Shown here: piece by piece, positions 25,784 through 35,783 of the stretch | Position numbering within the stretch: the first letter of the stretch is position 1 | How the letters are laid out: every line of letters begins with the position of its first letter | Assembly: GCA_965240325.2 (NCBI GenBank) | Contig: OZ251253.1 | Coordinates: 434,001-498,000, forward strand | Reading direction: 5' to 3' | From: Rebecca billardiae RCC1528 | Taxonomy: Eukaryota; Protista; Haptophyta | Length of the DNA stretch: 64,000 nucleotides | The notes under the pieces: generated by a model | Database searches by the model: none | Told to the model about the DNA's origin: nothing | What the model saw: the letters and a program-made list of their open reading frames with translations, nothing else | Position numbers and translations under genes: made by a program

Positions 25784-25813
25784 ATATATAAAGTCGTATA
25801 CGACTTTATATAT
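25784..25813. repeat. Perfect 30-bp AT-rich palindrome
   Basis: ATATATAAAGTCGTA|TACGACTTTATATAT is its own reverse complement. Confidence 0.95.
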
Positions 25814-26707
25814 ATTCACACTCACACAGTACCGTAGTGCCAGCATCAGTATATCGCATCATCCGAGCTGATCGCGGCCGGCGGCATTGCTGCCATCGGC
25901 ATCGGCAGCGCATGCGCATCATGCTGCTGCCGCTGGCACTGGCCGTGGTCACCGTAGCCCGTACCGCGCGCTGTCACACTATATATACCGTCATTGGCAG
26001 TCGAGTAGCCTCAGTAGGCACTACGGACGACACTGTTACAGCCGCGCGCGCTCCGCCGCCGTCGCCGATATCCGTGACTCGTGAGTCCGTGAGGCGGTGA
26101 CCGCCGCCACTGACCGCCAGCCGAGCGGGACGATCCATGCACGCAAGGCACCGCCGGGCCGCCGGCGGCGCAGGCGCTGCCGGCTCACACACTTCCCACT
26201 TGGGCACGGCCCGTACTCCTGGTCCGGGTTCGGACACTCTTCAGTCAGCACTGTGCCCCGGCACGGTCTGTAGTAAGTCGTAGTGAGTGAGCGTACCGTA
26301 GTCCGTGCTGACTGGCGCGTTACGACCGTGCGGAGTGCGGCACTGGCAGGCGGCCGGGCCGATATGGCAGCGCGTATGATGGCCATGCCGCCACTGGAGA
26401 GTCCCGGTGCAGCCACTGCGGGGCCACCTGACGAATGCGCCCAGCCATTATACGCCGGCGATAACCGGCTCGCCTGAGATCGAGTAGTACCGGTAGTATT
26501 CGCCGGATTTGGCGCCGCCGGACGATCCGTCCGGCGCGTCATCACGGCCTGCTACTATCATCTGAGATATTGGGGGCACGCGGCGTGAGCCGTCCGACCC
26601 GATGCGATCAGGGCCATCGCCATCGCAGGGGCCCCATGCGGATCTGACAGTCCAAGTGAATATCGCGGCGGGCGGCGCTGCGGGCGGGGGCTGCCGGCGC
26701 TCGCCGC

Positions 26708-28082
26708 TCAGGGCAGCTTGCACGCGGCGTCGGACGTGTCGGGCTTGTCCCCCGCGAAGATCCGGGCGCCCACGTTCGCGATGCAGTAGGCCGGCACGAG
26801 GCTCCTGTCGTGCTCGGCGTCCCACGAGAAGACGCCGAGGAAGCTCTTCTTCTCGCCGTAGATCGACCCGTCGAGCGCGCCCTGGAGAAAGGTGAGGCCC
26901 TGCGAAGGGGAGGGCCCGCGCGAGGGGTTGGAGGCGGAGCAGAGGCCGTACACGAACTTGTCCACGCCGCCCGGCGTCTGGCCGATCGCGCTCTGCACTT
27001 GGCCCTTCTGGCACGAGACGGTGCGGCAGCTGGGGTCGGCGTACCTGCGTGAGCGGGTCGCGCCGCGCGCGCGCTCTGTCAGCGGCCGCGCGCTCGCGCG
27101 GGGCGCGGGCGGAGAGCCTCGCCTCGCGCGCGTGCGCCGCAACGCACATCTGCATGTTGACCGCGTCGATGTGGTCCGGGCTGACGTTGGCGTAGTCGCC
27201 GGACGTGCCCCAGCGCGAGTACCACGGCCCGATCGCGGTGATGAAGCCCTTGCCCTGAAAGCGCTGCAGCAGGGTGTTCATCGCCTCCACGAAGTGGACG
27301 TCGCCCGTCCCGCCCTCAAACTGCATCTCCACGCCCTGCGCGCCGTACTGGTGGACGATCTCCGTAACCGACGCGTCCGCGTTCTCGATCCACTCGGAGG
27401 CCGACATGCCCGGCTTGATGGCGAAGGTGCCGCCCGAGTCTGCGGCGCCGCCGAGCGAGATCAGGTAGGAGCGCTCCTTGCCCGTCCGCGCCTTGTACGC
27501 CGCCCGGTCCGCCGTGATCGAGTTGTAGTTGATCTTGTTCTCGATCCACGAGGCGAAGGGGACAAACGAGCCCGTATTCTCCGGGTCCTTGGCGAACGAG
27601 AGCATAACCATGTTGATCGCGTCCGAGAGCTCGCTCATCGGCTGGGGACGCAATGCCGGGTTGCCTGGCATCGCGCCGTAGTATGTGCCGATCACTGGCG
27701 TCGTCATCACCGCCGGCGGCGACGGCGACGGGCCTGGCCCGGGCTGGCTGTTGCAGCCGACGCCGTGACACTCGTAGCACACGCCCGCGGCGATGTCGAC
27801 GCTACAGCCGTCGCAGCAGTACTTGACGCCGTCCAGCTCGAGGTACTCGATCGGCCTGGCCGAGTGCGTGAGGGCCCAGCAGGAGTCGCCCTTCTGAACG
27901 ACGTAACCGGCACACTCGCCGTCCAAACGGGCCACCGAGAGCGAAGAGCGCGGCGCCGTCAGGGCGAGGCAGCCGATCGCGAGCGTGGCGAGCGCGACCG
28001 AGCCGATCGTGAGCGTGCCGAGCACGTGCCGACGGGTGAACGTGGGAGTCGGACGGTCGTCCGCATCGTCGGCCGTCATCAT
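26708..28082 (-). CDS. GH18 chitinase-like protein (narbonin/class IIIb-like) with N-terminal signal anchor and LysM-like segment; intron 27045-27147; start uncertain (28082, 28106 or 28166)
   Basis: Motifs MLSFAKD, LISLGGA, WIENADASVTEIVHQYGAQGVEMQFE, ITAIGP, spliced IDAVNMQMYA and LGVFSWDAE follow the GH18 TIM-barrel order. CAGYVVQKGDSCWAL resembles a LysM start. Confidence 0.8.
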
Positions 28083-28225
28083 CCGCGCGGTTCGCGGGTT
28101 ACCCATCCGGGCCGTGGACGACTTTTTTCTGGCGGGAAAAACTTGGGTATTGTCGTAGCTGTTCATCGACGGCGCGCCCGGTGGCTGGCGCCCGTGGATG
28201 AATGCACAGACGAATACCCAATATT

Positions 28226-28308
28226 CAATATGGGGGTGTCACCCCCATGATGAGTTTTCCCCGTCGATTACAGTTTGTTTGTTTTTTAGAGTGCGTACCC
28301 CCATACTG
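28226..28308. mobile_element. Putative 83-bp MITE remnant
   Basis: AATATTCAATATGGGGGT (28220-28237) versus ACCCCCATACTGTATATT (28297-28314): inverted repeat with 2 mismatches. The right end reads TA|CAGT on the minus strand, as in Tc1/mariner ends. Confidence 0.5.
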
Positions 28309-28541
28309 TATATTAACGACGTGGTATGCAACGGGCAGGCGTCAGAGTCAGCAAGCTGTAGCAGCAGATCGAGCAGCAGAGACAAACACCAGGATCAGCG
28401 CTCCTCGCCGTCGTCCCCCCCCCTCATAGTCGCCCATCACTCCATCGCCGAGCGGAAGCTCGACGCACCGTCTGGCGTCGACGCGCACGCACCACCGCGG
28501 TGGTCGCGGTGCCACGCGTCGTCAGCCGTCGTCTATATATG

Positions 28542-28633
28542 TGGCGTTATAGGGAACCTATAACTGAGTGTCTATGAGCGACGACGCCAAGAATCCGGCT
28601 CGCACGGCATTCCTGCGTTGTCGTCCTGTGCGC
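28542..28633 (+). repeat. Dispersed repeat, copy 1 (shared with 59007-59095)
   Basis: TGGCGTTATAGGGAACCTATAACTGAGTGTCTATGAGCGACG...AAGAATCCGGCTCGCACGGCATTCCTGCGTTGTC occurs at both loci, each just after a (TA)n run. Confidence 0.9.
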
Positions 28634-30353
28634 TCCCGGCACTGGTGCCCACATGGGTCGGCGCGCACGCGTTTTCATGCTGTCGAGAGTGCGTTGCCAG
28701 GTTTGAAAACGCTCATGTTGAGACGATCATGGGAAGGCAGCAAAGCGCGATACAGTAGACTGCGCACTAGACATGCGCAGACCCGGTCGGGGTGGTGCGT
28801 GAACGACTGGCATCCTATGATGGCACAAGAGCCCCCAAGTGCTCGCGTTCCTCGCACTGACGCGCTCACAGCCGCTTGTCCAAGCTCATTTCTGATGGCC
28901 GAGGAATGCTCGACGAGCACCCTTCAGCAGCCGCGTGGAACTTGATCAAGCTCGTGTGCGGCGGCGCGTGGCGGCATGGCGCGCGCCCATCATACGCAAG
29001 CCTCGCCACGGGCGCGCGCCCGACCCGCGCCGACCGCGCCGCGCATCGCGCGCGCGCTCCCGGCTGGCGCGGGGCCACGGCTGGCTCTTGGTGCGGCGCG
29101 CGGGCGCGGGCTGGCCTGAGGCACGGCGAGGGCGCCGGCGAGCGCGGCGGCGCGCGGCGAGGGAGGGTACTACGCGCTGTCTAGCATGCGACCAACCACG
29201 CGCGCCGTGTCTGCGGCCGCTGCCGCGGGCGCAGGAGCCCGCGGCGTGCGCACCCCACGCGCCCTCCAGGGCGGCGCCCCAGGAGACTTAGCCGCTGCGC
29301 CGCGAGGGCGCACGAGCTGATCGATACCCAACCTCCTCTCACTCGCGGCACTGGAAGTGTGCAGCCCTTTCCGCCCTTGCCGGGCCTGTCACTCAGCCCC
29401 GTACGATCCAGCCCAGACCAGTCGCGCACGTCCCGCACGCGTCGTCCCGGGTGGCACGGCAGTCGAGTCAAGCGGCGCGCCGTCAGTCTGTGCGCCGCTG
29501 CCCGTGGCCAGGAGGCGGTGCGCACGCGGTCGCACGCGGCGTCGAGGGTGATGACAAGGCCGGGCCCCGCGACGGGCGTCGCGCTCGAGCAGTGCCACTC
29601 TAGCTGCGCGCGTTCGGAGACAGAGGCGCACAGCTCGGCAAGCCATGCGGCACAGGTCGATCGCGTACGCCGCAGCGGCGGCGGCAGGCGCGCAGTGATG
29701 ATGTGACGGCGGATTTGGGCACTGCGTGTACCAGCGCCGGTGCCCAGCCAGTCGCAACGGGCCCGAGCGCGATCGTGCAGGGGCGAGTGCCGCCACGCGC
29801 GGTCCACGGAGCAGAAGACCGCCATCCGCCGCCAAAAGCGCGAGATCGCTCAGATCGGCGGATGATCGGTACCGAACCGCGCCAGTCCGGTGCAAACGTG
29901 GTTGATCTTTCGATCGTCGGCTTAAGGTACAAAAGCGGACGTCCCCCGGCTGAAGTTTACTAAGAATAAGAGACGCACACAGCTCAGGCAGGCGTTGACG
30001 CCCGCCAACTGTCACCACACGTTATTTGTCAACTCCCTGTCACAAGCATCGGTTTGGTCTTCCTTCGGTCAGCTGTCATGCTACACCGTCAGCGGCGATT
30101 GAGTACTACGACTGTACTGACTAAACGCGCAGCGCCGGCGACCCCGGCCCTCATCACCTGCGACTCTGAGCCGCGCCGCCTGAAGAGGCACTGTGGCCAC
30201 TGGCTGCCGCACTGGGCCCGTCCGGCTAGTCGGCCGGGCAGAGGGAAGCCGTGCCCGTGGAGGCCGCGAGTCGCACGGCGCCTCGACAGTCCGCACCGAT
30301 CCGAGGCACCGCGAGGACCAGCTCGTGAGCACTGCCCGCGCCTCCGGCGACGC

Positions 30354-31727
30354 CTACGACGCCTTCGCCGCGCCCCCGGCGGCGCTCGGCGCCGGCGCGT
30401 CGCCGGGCGGCGGCTCGGTGACGAACGCGGCCGCGTCCTCAAAGGCCAGCGCCTCGAGCACCGCCTCGGGCACGGCGTCGATGGTGCCCACGACGGTGGC
30501 GCAGAGGAGCCCGCCGAGCACGGCGATGGCGAGCGTGGTGAGCAGCGCGAGCGCCTCCGCGCCCGCGCGCCCGCCCTCGCCCATCGCGCCGAGCGTGATC
30601 GTCGCCACCAGGCCACCAAGCACGCCGGGCATGCCGTGGAGCGAGTGGACCCCACACGTATCGCGCAGCCCGATGCGCGCCTCGAGGAAGGGGCCGATCT
30701 TGGTGAAGCCGACGGAGGAGAGGGTGCCCGCGCACAGCCCGACGAGCAGCGCGCCGCCGGGCGTGACGGGCAGCACCACCGCCGAGCCGATCCCCACGCC
30801 GCCCGCCAGCGTCGCGTTCTGGATCAGGACCATGTCCAGCTTGCCTTCGTGCGTCAGCAGCGGGCTCAGCCCGAACGTCGCGACCGTCGCGGCCGAGATC
30901 GAGACGACGGTGTTGCACACGGCGGTGAAGCGCGCCGGCCCGGCGATCGCCGCGTTGAACGAGGGCCACAGGATCCACAGGAACAGCGTGCCCACCATGC
31001 TCGTGATGTCGTTGGCGTACTCGGCGCCGTTCTTGCGGTGCTCCGCGCCGACGCTCGGTTTGTTCGAGTAGAGTCGGTAGGTGGCGGCGAGGCCGAAGTA
31101 GGCGCCGAAGGCGTGGATGCCGAGCGAGCCGCCCGCGTCGGTCGCGCCCATCCCGCCGTACAGCCGCTCGATGCACAGCGCGTCGTTCAGCACGTACAGC
31201 GGCACCTCGAGCAGCAGCAGCAGCGCGAGCTGCGCCGGCGACGCCTTGCCGATCAGCGCGCCGTACGAGATCATGGCGGCGCCTGAGGCGAAGAGGCCCT
31301 GCGTGAGGAGCTCGACGTTGAGCTGGATGAACTGCGGGCCCTGCGTGAAGTCCGCCCGCGGCCACTGCTCCACCGCGCCGAACACGAGCACCGCCTCGAG
31401 CATCACGAGCACGGACAGCCCAAAGTTGAGCGCGACCGCGCCCATCGAGTAGCGCTTGAGGAAGGTCATGAGGAAGCCGAAGCCGATGAAGATCATGATC
31501 GAGACGTGGATGAAGTACGAGTACATCTCCTCCACGTCCTGCTCCGCCTCGTCCGCGTACCGCACGAACACGCCGAAGCAGACCAGAAGCAGGGACGCCG
31601 CGCCGAGCACGATCCGGCTGAAGCCTGCCAGCGGCCACTCGGGCTGCGAGGCGGCGGAGGACGGGTTGTCGGGGTCCATGAGCGCGTGCGTGTCCTTGTG
31701 CGCGGTGTACTCGCCCGACGGTGCCAT
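30354..31727 (-). CDS. Rhesus (Rh)-type ammonium/CO2 channel, Amt/Mep/Rh family, intronless
   Basis: Rh signatures HVSIMIFIGFGFLMTFLKRY, DAGGSLGIHAFGAYFGL, GTLFLWILWPSFN, IQNATLAGGV and DTCGVHSLHGMPG; both pore histidines present. Confidence 0.94.
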   Translation of the reverse strand: MAPSGEYTAHKDTHALMDPDNPSSAASQPEWPLAGFSRIVLGAASLLLVCFGVFVRYADEAEQDVEEMYSYFIHVSIMIFIGFGFLMTFLKRYSMGAVALNFGLSVLVMLEAVLVFGAVEQWPRADFTQGPQFIQLNVELLTQGLFASGAAMISYGALIGKASPAQLALLLLLEVPLYVLNDALCIERLYGGMGATDAGGSLGIHAFGAYFGLAATYRLYSNKPSVGAEHRKNGAEYANDITSMVGTLFLWILWPSFNAAIAGPARFTAVCNTVVSISAATVATFGLSPLLTHEGKLDMVLIQNATLAGGVGIGSAVVLPVTPGGALLVGLCAGTLSSVGFTKIGPFLEARIGLRDTCGVHSLHGMPGVLGGLVATITLGAMGEGGRAGAEALALLTTLAIAVLGGLLCATVVGTIDAVPEAVLEALAFEDAAAFVTEPPPGDAPAPSAAGGAAKAS

Positions 31728-32074
31728 TGTCGAGCCGCACGCGCCCATCCACGGGCTGTCACGGCCGAGCGACGGCGATCGACGACGGCCGAACGACGAA
31801 CACGCGCCGTTCCGACCGACCGGCCCCGCGCCGATCTCAGCTTTCGGCCTGAGAACGGGCACTGGAACCGCCGCACGCAGCCGCGGGCGCGGGCCTGAAC
31901 TCCGAGGACACCCAAGCAGACCGAAAGCTCGCGCGTTGTCGACAGATCCGGCCGCATCATCATCGCCGTCCGCCCGGGTGCATAGCAGGCTCCCGCCCGT
32001 CCGAGCCTGGGCATCATCGTCCGCATCACCCCGGAGGGCGCCCCCGGCACGCGCAGCGCGCGCCCACCGCGGAG

Positions 32075-35000
32075 CTACCCAAAGTCGGCGTCGGGATCGG
32101 CGGAGCGGCTGTAGGGCAGCTGCGCCGCCGACGGGTCGACGCCGAGCGGCGGCGGCTGCGGCCCACCGGCGGCGGCGGGTCCCGGAGGCTCTCCCGGCGC
32201 GCGCCGCCGCGCGCGCGCGGCGATGTACTCGCGCTCGAACTCCTCGACTTCGTCGGAGAGCGCGTCGGAGAGCGCACCGCGCCCCACGGGCGCCGCCGCC
32301 CCCTCGCCGCCCGCCCCGCCAAGCCCACCCCTGCGCTGCTGCTGCTGCTGCCCCTCCGAATCATCCCCCAGTGTGATCAGCAGGTCTCGGACGAGTCTGT
32401 ACGCGGACGCGCGGCGCGCGCGCGGGTTCTTGCGAAGCTTCTCGCGGAAGGCGAGGAGCTCGCGGCGCAGCTCCACCTCCTACACGTGCGCGGGGCCGAG
32501 GGCGGGCGGCGGGAAGGGGGGCGAAGGGACGCCGCCCGTCAGGAGTGCGGCGCTTGCAGGCGCGCGGCCACGAGCGAGCGCGCGCGCGTGCGTGCGGCGC
32601 GCGCCCCGACCGCGCCGCCTCGCGCAGCGGGCGGCGGCGGCCCGCGCGGGCCGGCGGGGCGGGTTGTGGATGGGCGCGCGTGCTCGCCGCCCCAGCGCGC
32701 GCACCGCGGGCGTGAACGTCCCGTCAAAGTTCGCGTCGAGCAGGTGCCTGCTGGTCGTGCTGGCGAGCAGGCTCATCCGGTCGAGGAAGATCTCGAGCAA
32801 TCTCGCGCACTCGATCGAGTTTGTCTCCTCTGCGTCGGACATGGGGACCAGTGTGAGCTGCGGCCAGAGGTCGGAGAGGAAGGGCCGCTTGTGCAGCGTG
32901 ATCACCGTGCCGATCTGCGGCGCGGGCGGCTCGGGCGGCTCGGACGCCCCGCCGCCCTCCGCCGCGCCGCCGCCGCCTCCGCCACGGCGCGCGCCGCTCT
33001 GGCCTGCGGCCGCCGGATCGGCGGCCGGATCCGCCTCCGCCCCCGCCCCCACCGACGGGCCGGCTTCGGCGCGCGGCGCGTCTTGCGCGCCGCCGCGGGG
33101 CGGGGCCGCCGCGCCCGCGGCAACGTCGGCCACGCCGTGCGCCTCGACGCCCGAGCCCGGCGCGTGCGGCTGCGCGCTCAACTCCGCCGCTTTCAACTCC
33201 GCCGCGCCGCCGCCCGCCGCGCCCGCCCCTGCGCCCCCAGCCACCGCCACGCCGAGTGCCGGCGCGCCGCCCGAGCCCGCCGCGCCGGCGAGCGCCTTGT
33301 TCACGGTCATCGCGACCTTGTGGAAGTTCTCGTCGCGCAGCGAGAAGCCGACGAAGAGCATGTGCTTTGTCATCAGCATGGTCTGCACGATGCCTGCGCC
33401 GCCCGCAAGTCGGGCGCGGCGCGCGCGCTCGCACCGAGCTCGGCTCAGCCGCGGCAGGCGCCGCGTCGCGCGCGCTCGCCGGTGCCGTGCGAGTGGGGCG
33501 GCGCGGCGGGGCCGGGCCGGGCGCGCGTGCGACGGGCCGCGCGCGCGCACCGGTGAGCGCCTGCCGCCTGTCCGGGTACTCGTTCATCTGCGTGCGCGTG
33601 AGCACGATGTCCTTCGGGTGGTGCACGCACCCATGCAGCTTTAGCAGCCAGCGCTTTGGGCGCGCGCCGCCGCCGACGCCGCCGCCGCCCGCCGACGGAT
33701 GCCGCTGGCCGCGGGCTCCCGGACTCTCGTCGTCGTCGTCCTCCTCCGCGGGCGCGCCGGGCGCGGGCTCGTCCGCGCCGAGGCGCAACGCCTCGAACGG
33801 TGGCGTGCCTCCTGTCGACGGCGCGCGCCGAGCGCCGCCGCCGCCGCCGCCGCTCCCGCCGCCCACCACAGCGCCCGCCTCATACGGCAACACGGTGTGC
33901 CCGATACCGGCGCCGTCGCAAGCGAGCTCGAACAGGTCGTCGTAGTTCGTCGTGACGTAGCCGTCCACCGGGAGCGCGGCGAGGAGGGAGTGCACCAGCG
34001 AGTGGCGCTCCGTCTGCGGTGTGGCGGCGGCGCGGCGCGCGCGGCCGCGAGGGGTCAGTTGTGAGCGCGGCGCGGCGTGCACGCGCGCACGACACGCGCG
34101 CCCCGGCGCGGCTGCAGCGCGCAGCGCGCAGCCGGTGCCCAGCTGCGTGCCGTGCGCGCGGCACGTGCGTGTGTGCCGCTGGCTGGGCACTGCGTGCCGC
34201 TGCTGGCTGGTGTGTGTGCCACGGCTCAGTGGCTAGGGTTAGGGTTAGGGTACGGGGGTAGGGTTGCGCCGCTCGCTGGGCGGTGCGGCGCACCTGAAGC
34301 TTAAGGACGACCGCGCGCTGCAGCGCCTCGGGCCCGCCGAGCCTGCGCTCGAGCACCAGCGCCTGGTCGAGCACGGAGAGCCGGCTGAAGCCCCGCACCT
34401 GCAGCGCAGCCGGGCGAAGCACGGCACGGCACGTGAGCACAGCGCAGCACAGCGCAGCACAGCGCAGCACGGCGCGGCGCGCCCGCGCGCCCCGCTGACG
34501 CGTGCGCGCGCGCGCGCGTGCCGTCGCGCCGGAGGGGCGGGGACGCTCGGCTCGCGGTGGGGCGCGCCGCCCCGCGGCACGCCCGCGCGCGCACCTCCGC
34601 GGGCGTCATCCCGATCGTCACCGCCAGATTCCGGAGGAGGTGCACCCAGTCCGGGAGTCCGGTGCCAGCGGAGCAGCCTGCGCCCATGAACAGCGCGAGC
34701 TGGCCGTCGGTGGCGAGGCGCGCGAGGCGGTGCGCGGCGCGGAGGTGCGCGGCGGAGAGGCAGCGCCACTGCCGCGCCGCGAGCGCCGCGTCCTCCTGGC
34801 ACAGCTTCCGCCGGCACGCCTGCGCCGCTGAGAACATTCTCGGCGTCTTCACGACGAGCGCGACGTCAATAGCGGAAGTGTCCGCGAAAGCGTACAACCG
34901 GCGGAGGAGGGAGGAGAGGATGTCGCCCGAGGCGCAGCGCGCGTTGCGCGGGCCGGTGCCCACCACGGGCAGCGCGAGCAGGTACCGGTGCCGCCCGTTC

Positions 35001-35626
35001 CGCGGCTGCGCCGGCGAGCCGCGCAGGTCCGCCTCGGCGGCGCTCAGGAATTGCTCGGCCGCGGCTAGGAACCAGGAGAGTGGCGTGTCAGGTCCGGGGA
35101 CGGGGGCGTACTTGGAGTTGAGCTGGCCGAGCCAGATGGCGGGCGCGTTGCTCGGGCGCACGCCCGACAGCCGCTGCACGCGCCGCTCCTCGCTGAACGC
35201 CGCCGGCGGCACCACCTGCGCGCCCTCGGGCGGGCCGCGCGGGAACCAAGCCGGGTTGTGGATGTCGCGCGTCGGGTAGAGTACGGCGTCGCACGCGAGG
35301 CGGCGGAGGTCGCCCTGCACGACGAAGACGTGGCCGGGCGCCGCCGAGCTCGACGGCGGCCGCTCCATGATCTCGCCCGGGCTGTCGAGGCTCGCGCCGC
35401 CGTCGTCGTCCGCGCCGCGCGCGCCGCCGCCGCCCGAGCCCGCGGCGCGCACCGCGCACCGCGCGACGGCGGCACGCGGGTGCGCGGTGCTCGCGGGGCG
35501 GCGTGGGCCCAGCGGCGCGGCGAGGCTGTGCTCCACGCGCGCCACCGAGCCGCCGGCGCCGCCCCACGCGCACGCCGCGACGAGCGCGAGTGCGAGCGGG
35601 CGCCATGGCGCCGCGGCGCCGCCCAT
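32075..35626 (-). CDS. Macrodomain-like + SIR2_2 (sirtuin-like NADase family) fusion, ~897 aa. Exons 35626-34595, 34398-34294, 34013-33551, 33393-32705, 32479-32075
   Basis: Four GTGCGC..YAG introns splice into one frame. SIR2-like motifs LALFMGAGCSAGTGLPDW, VTTNYDDLFE, LLKLHGC...DIVLT and HMLFVGFSLRDENF. Macro-like motifs VFVVQGDLRRLACDAVLYP and LALPVVGTG. Hydrophobic signal plus Arg/Ala-rich leader. Confidence 0.86.
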
Positions 35627-35783
35627 GCTGAGCGCGCGCGACTTCGAGAGCCGACGAGGGCTGTTGACGACTCGCAAGGAGGACTGTATGACGTTACGAC
35701 CTCGTTTCGCCCGATTTGTCTGCTGAGAAAGTTCTGATGATTCATCGCGGTGGGCGGCTCCGGAGGCCACGCGGCACCGCAAG

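Noticed and set aside
28640-30300. Possible gene or transposase downstream of repeat copy 1
   Set aside because: Only short ORFs without recognisable motifs; no Rep, DDE, RT or RuvC signature seen.
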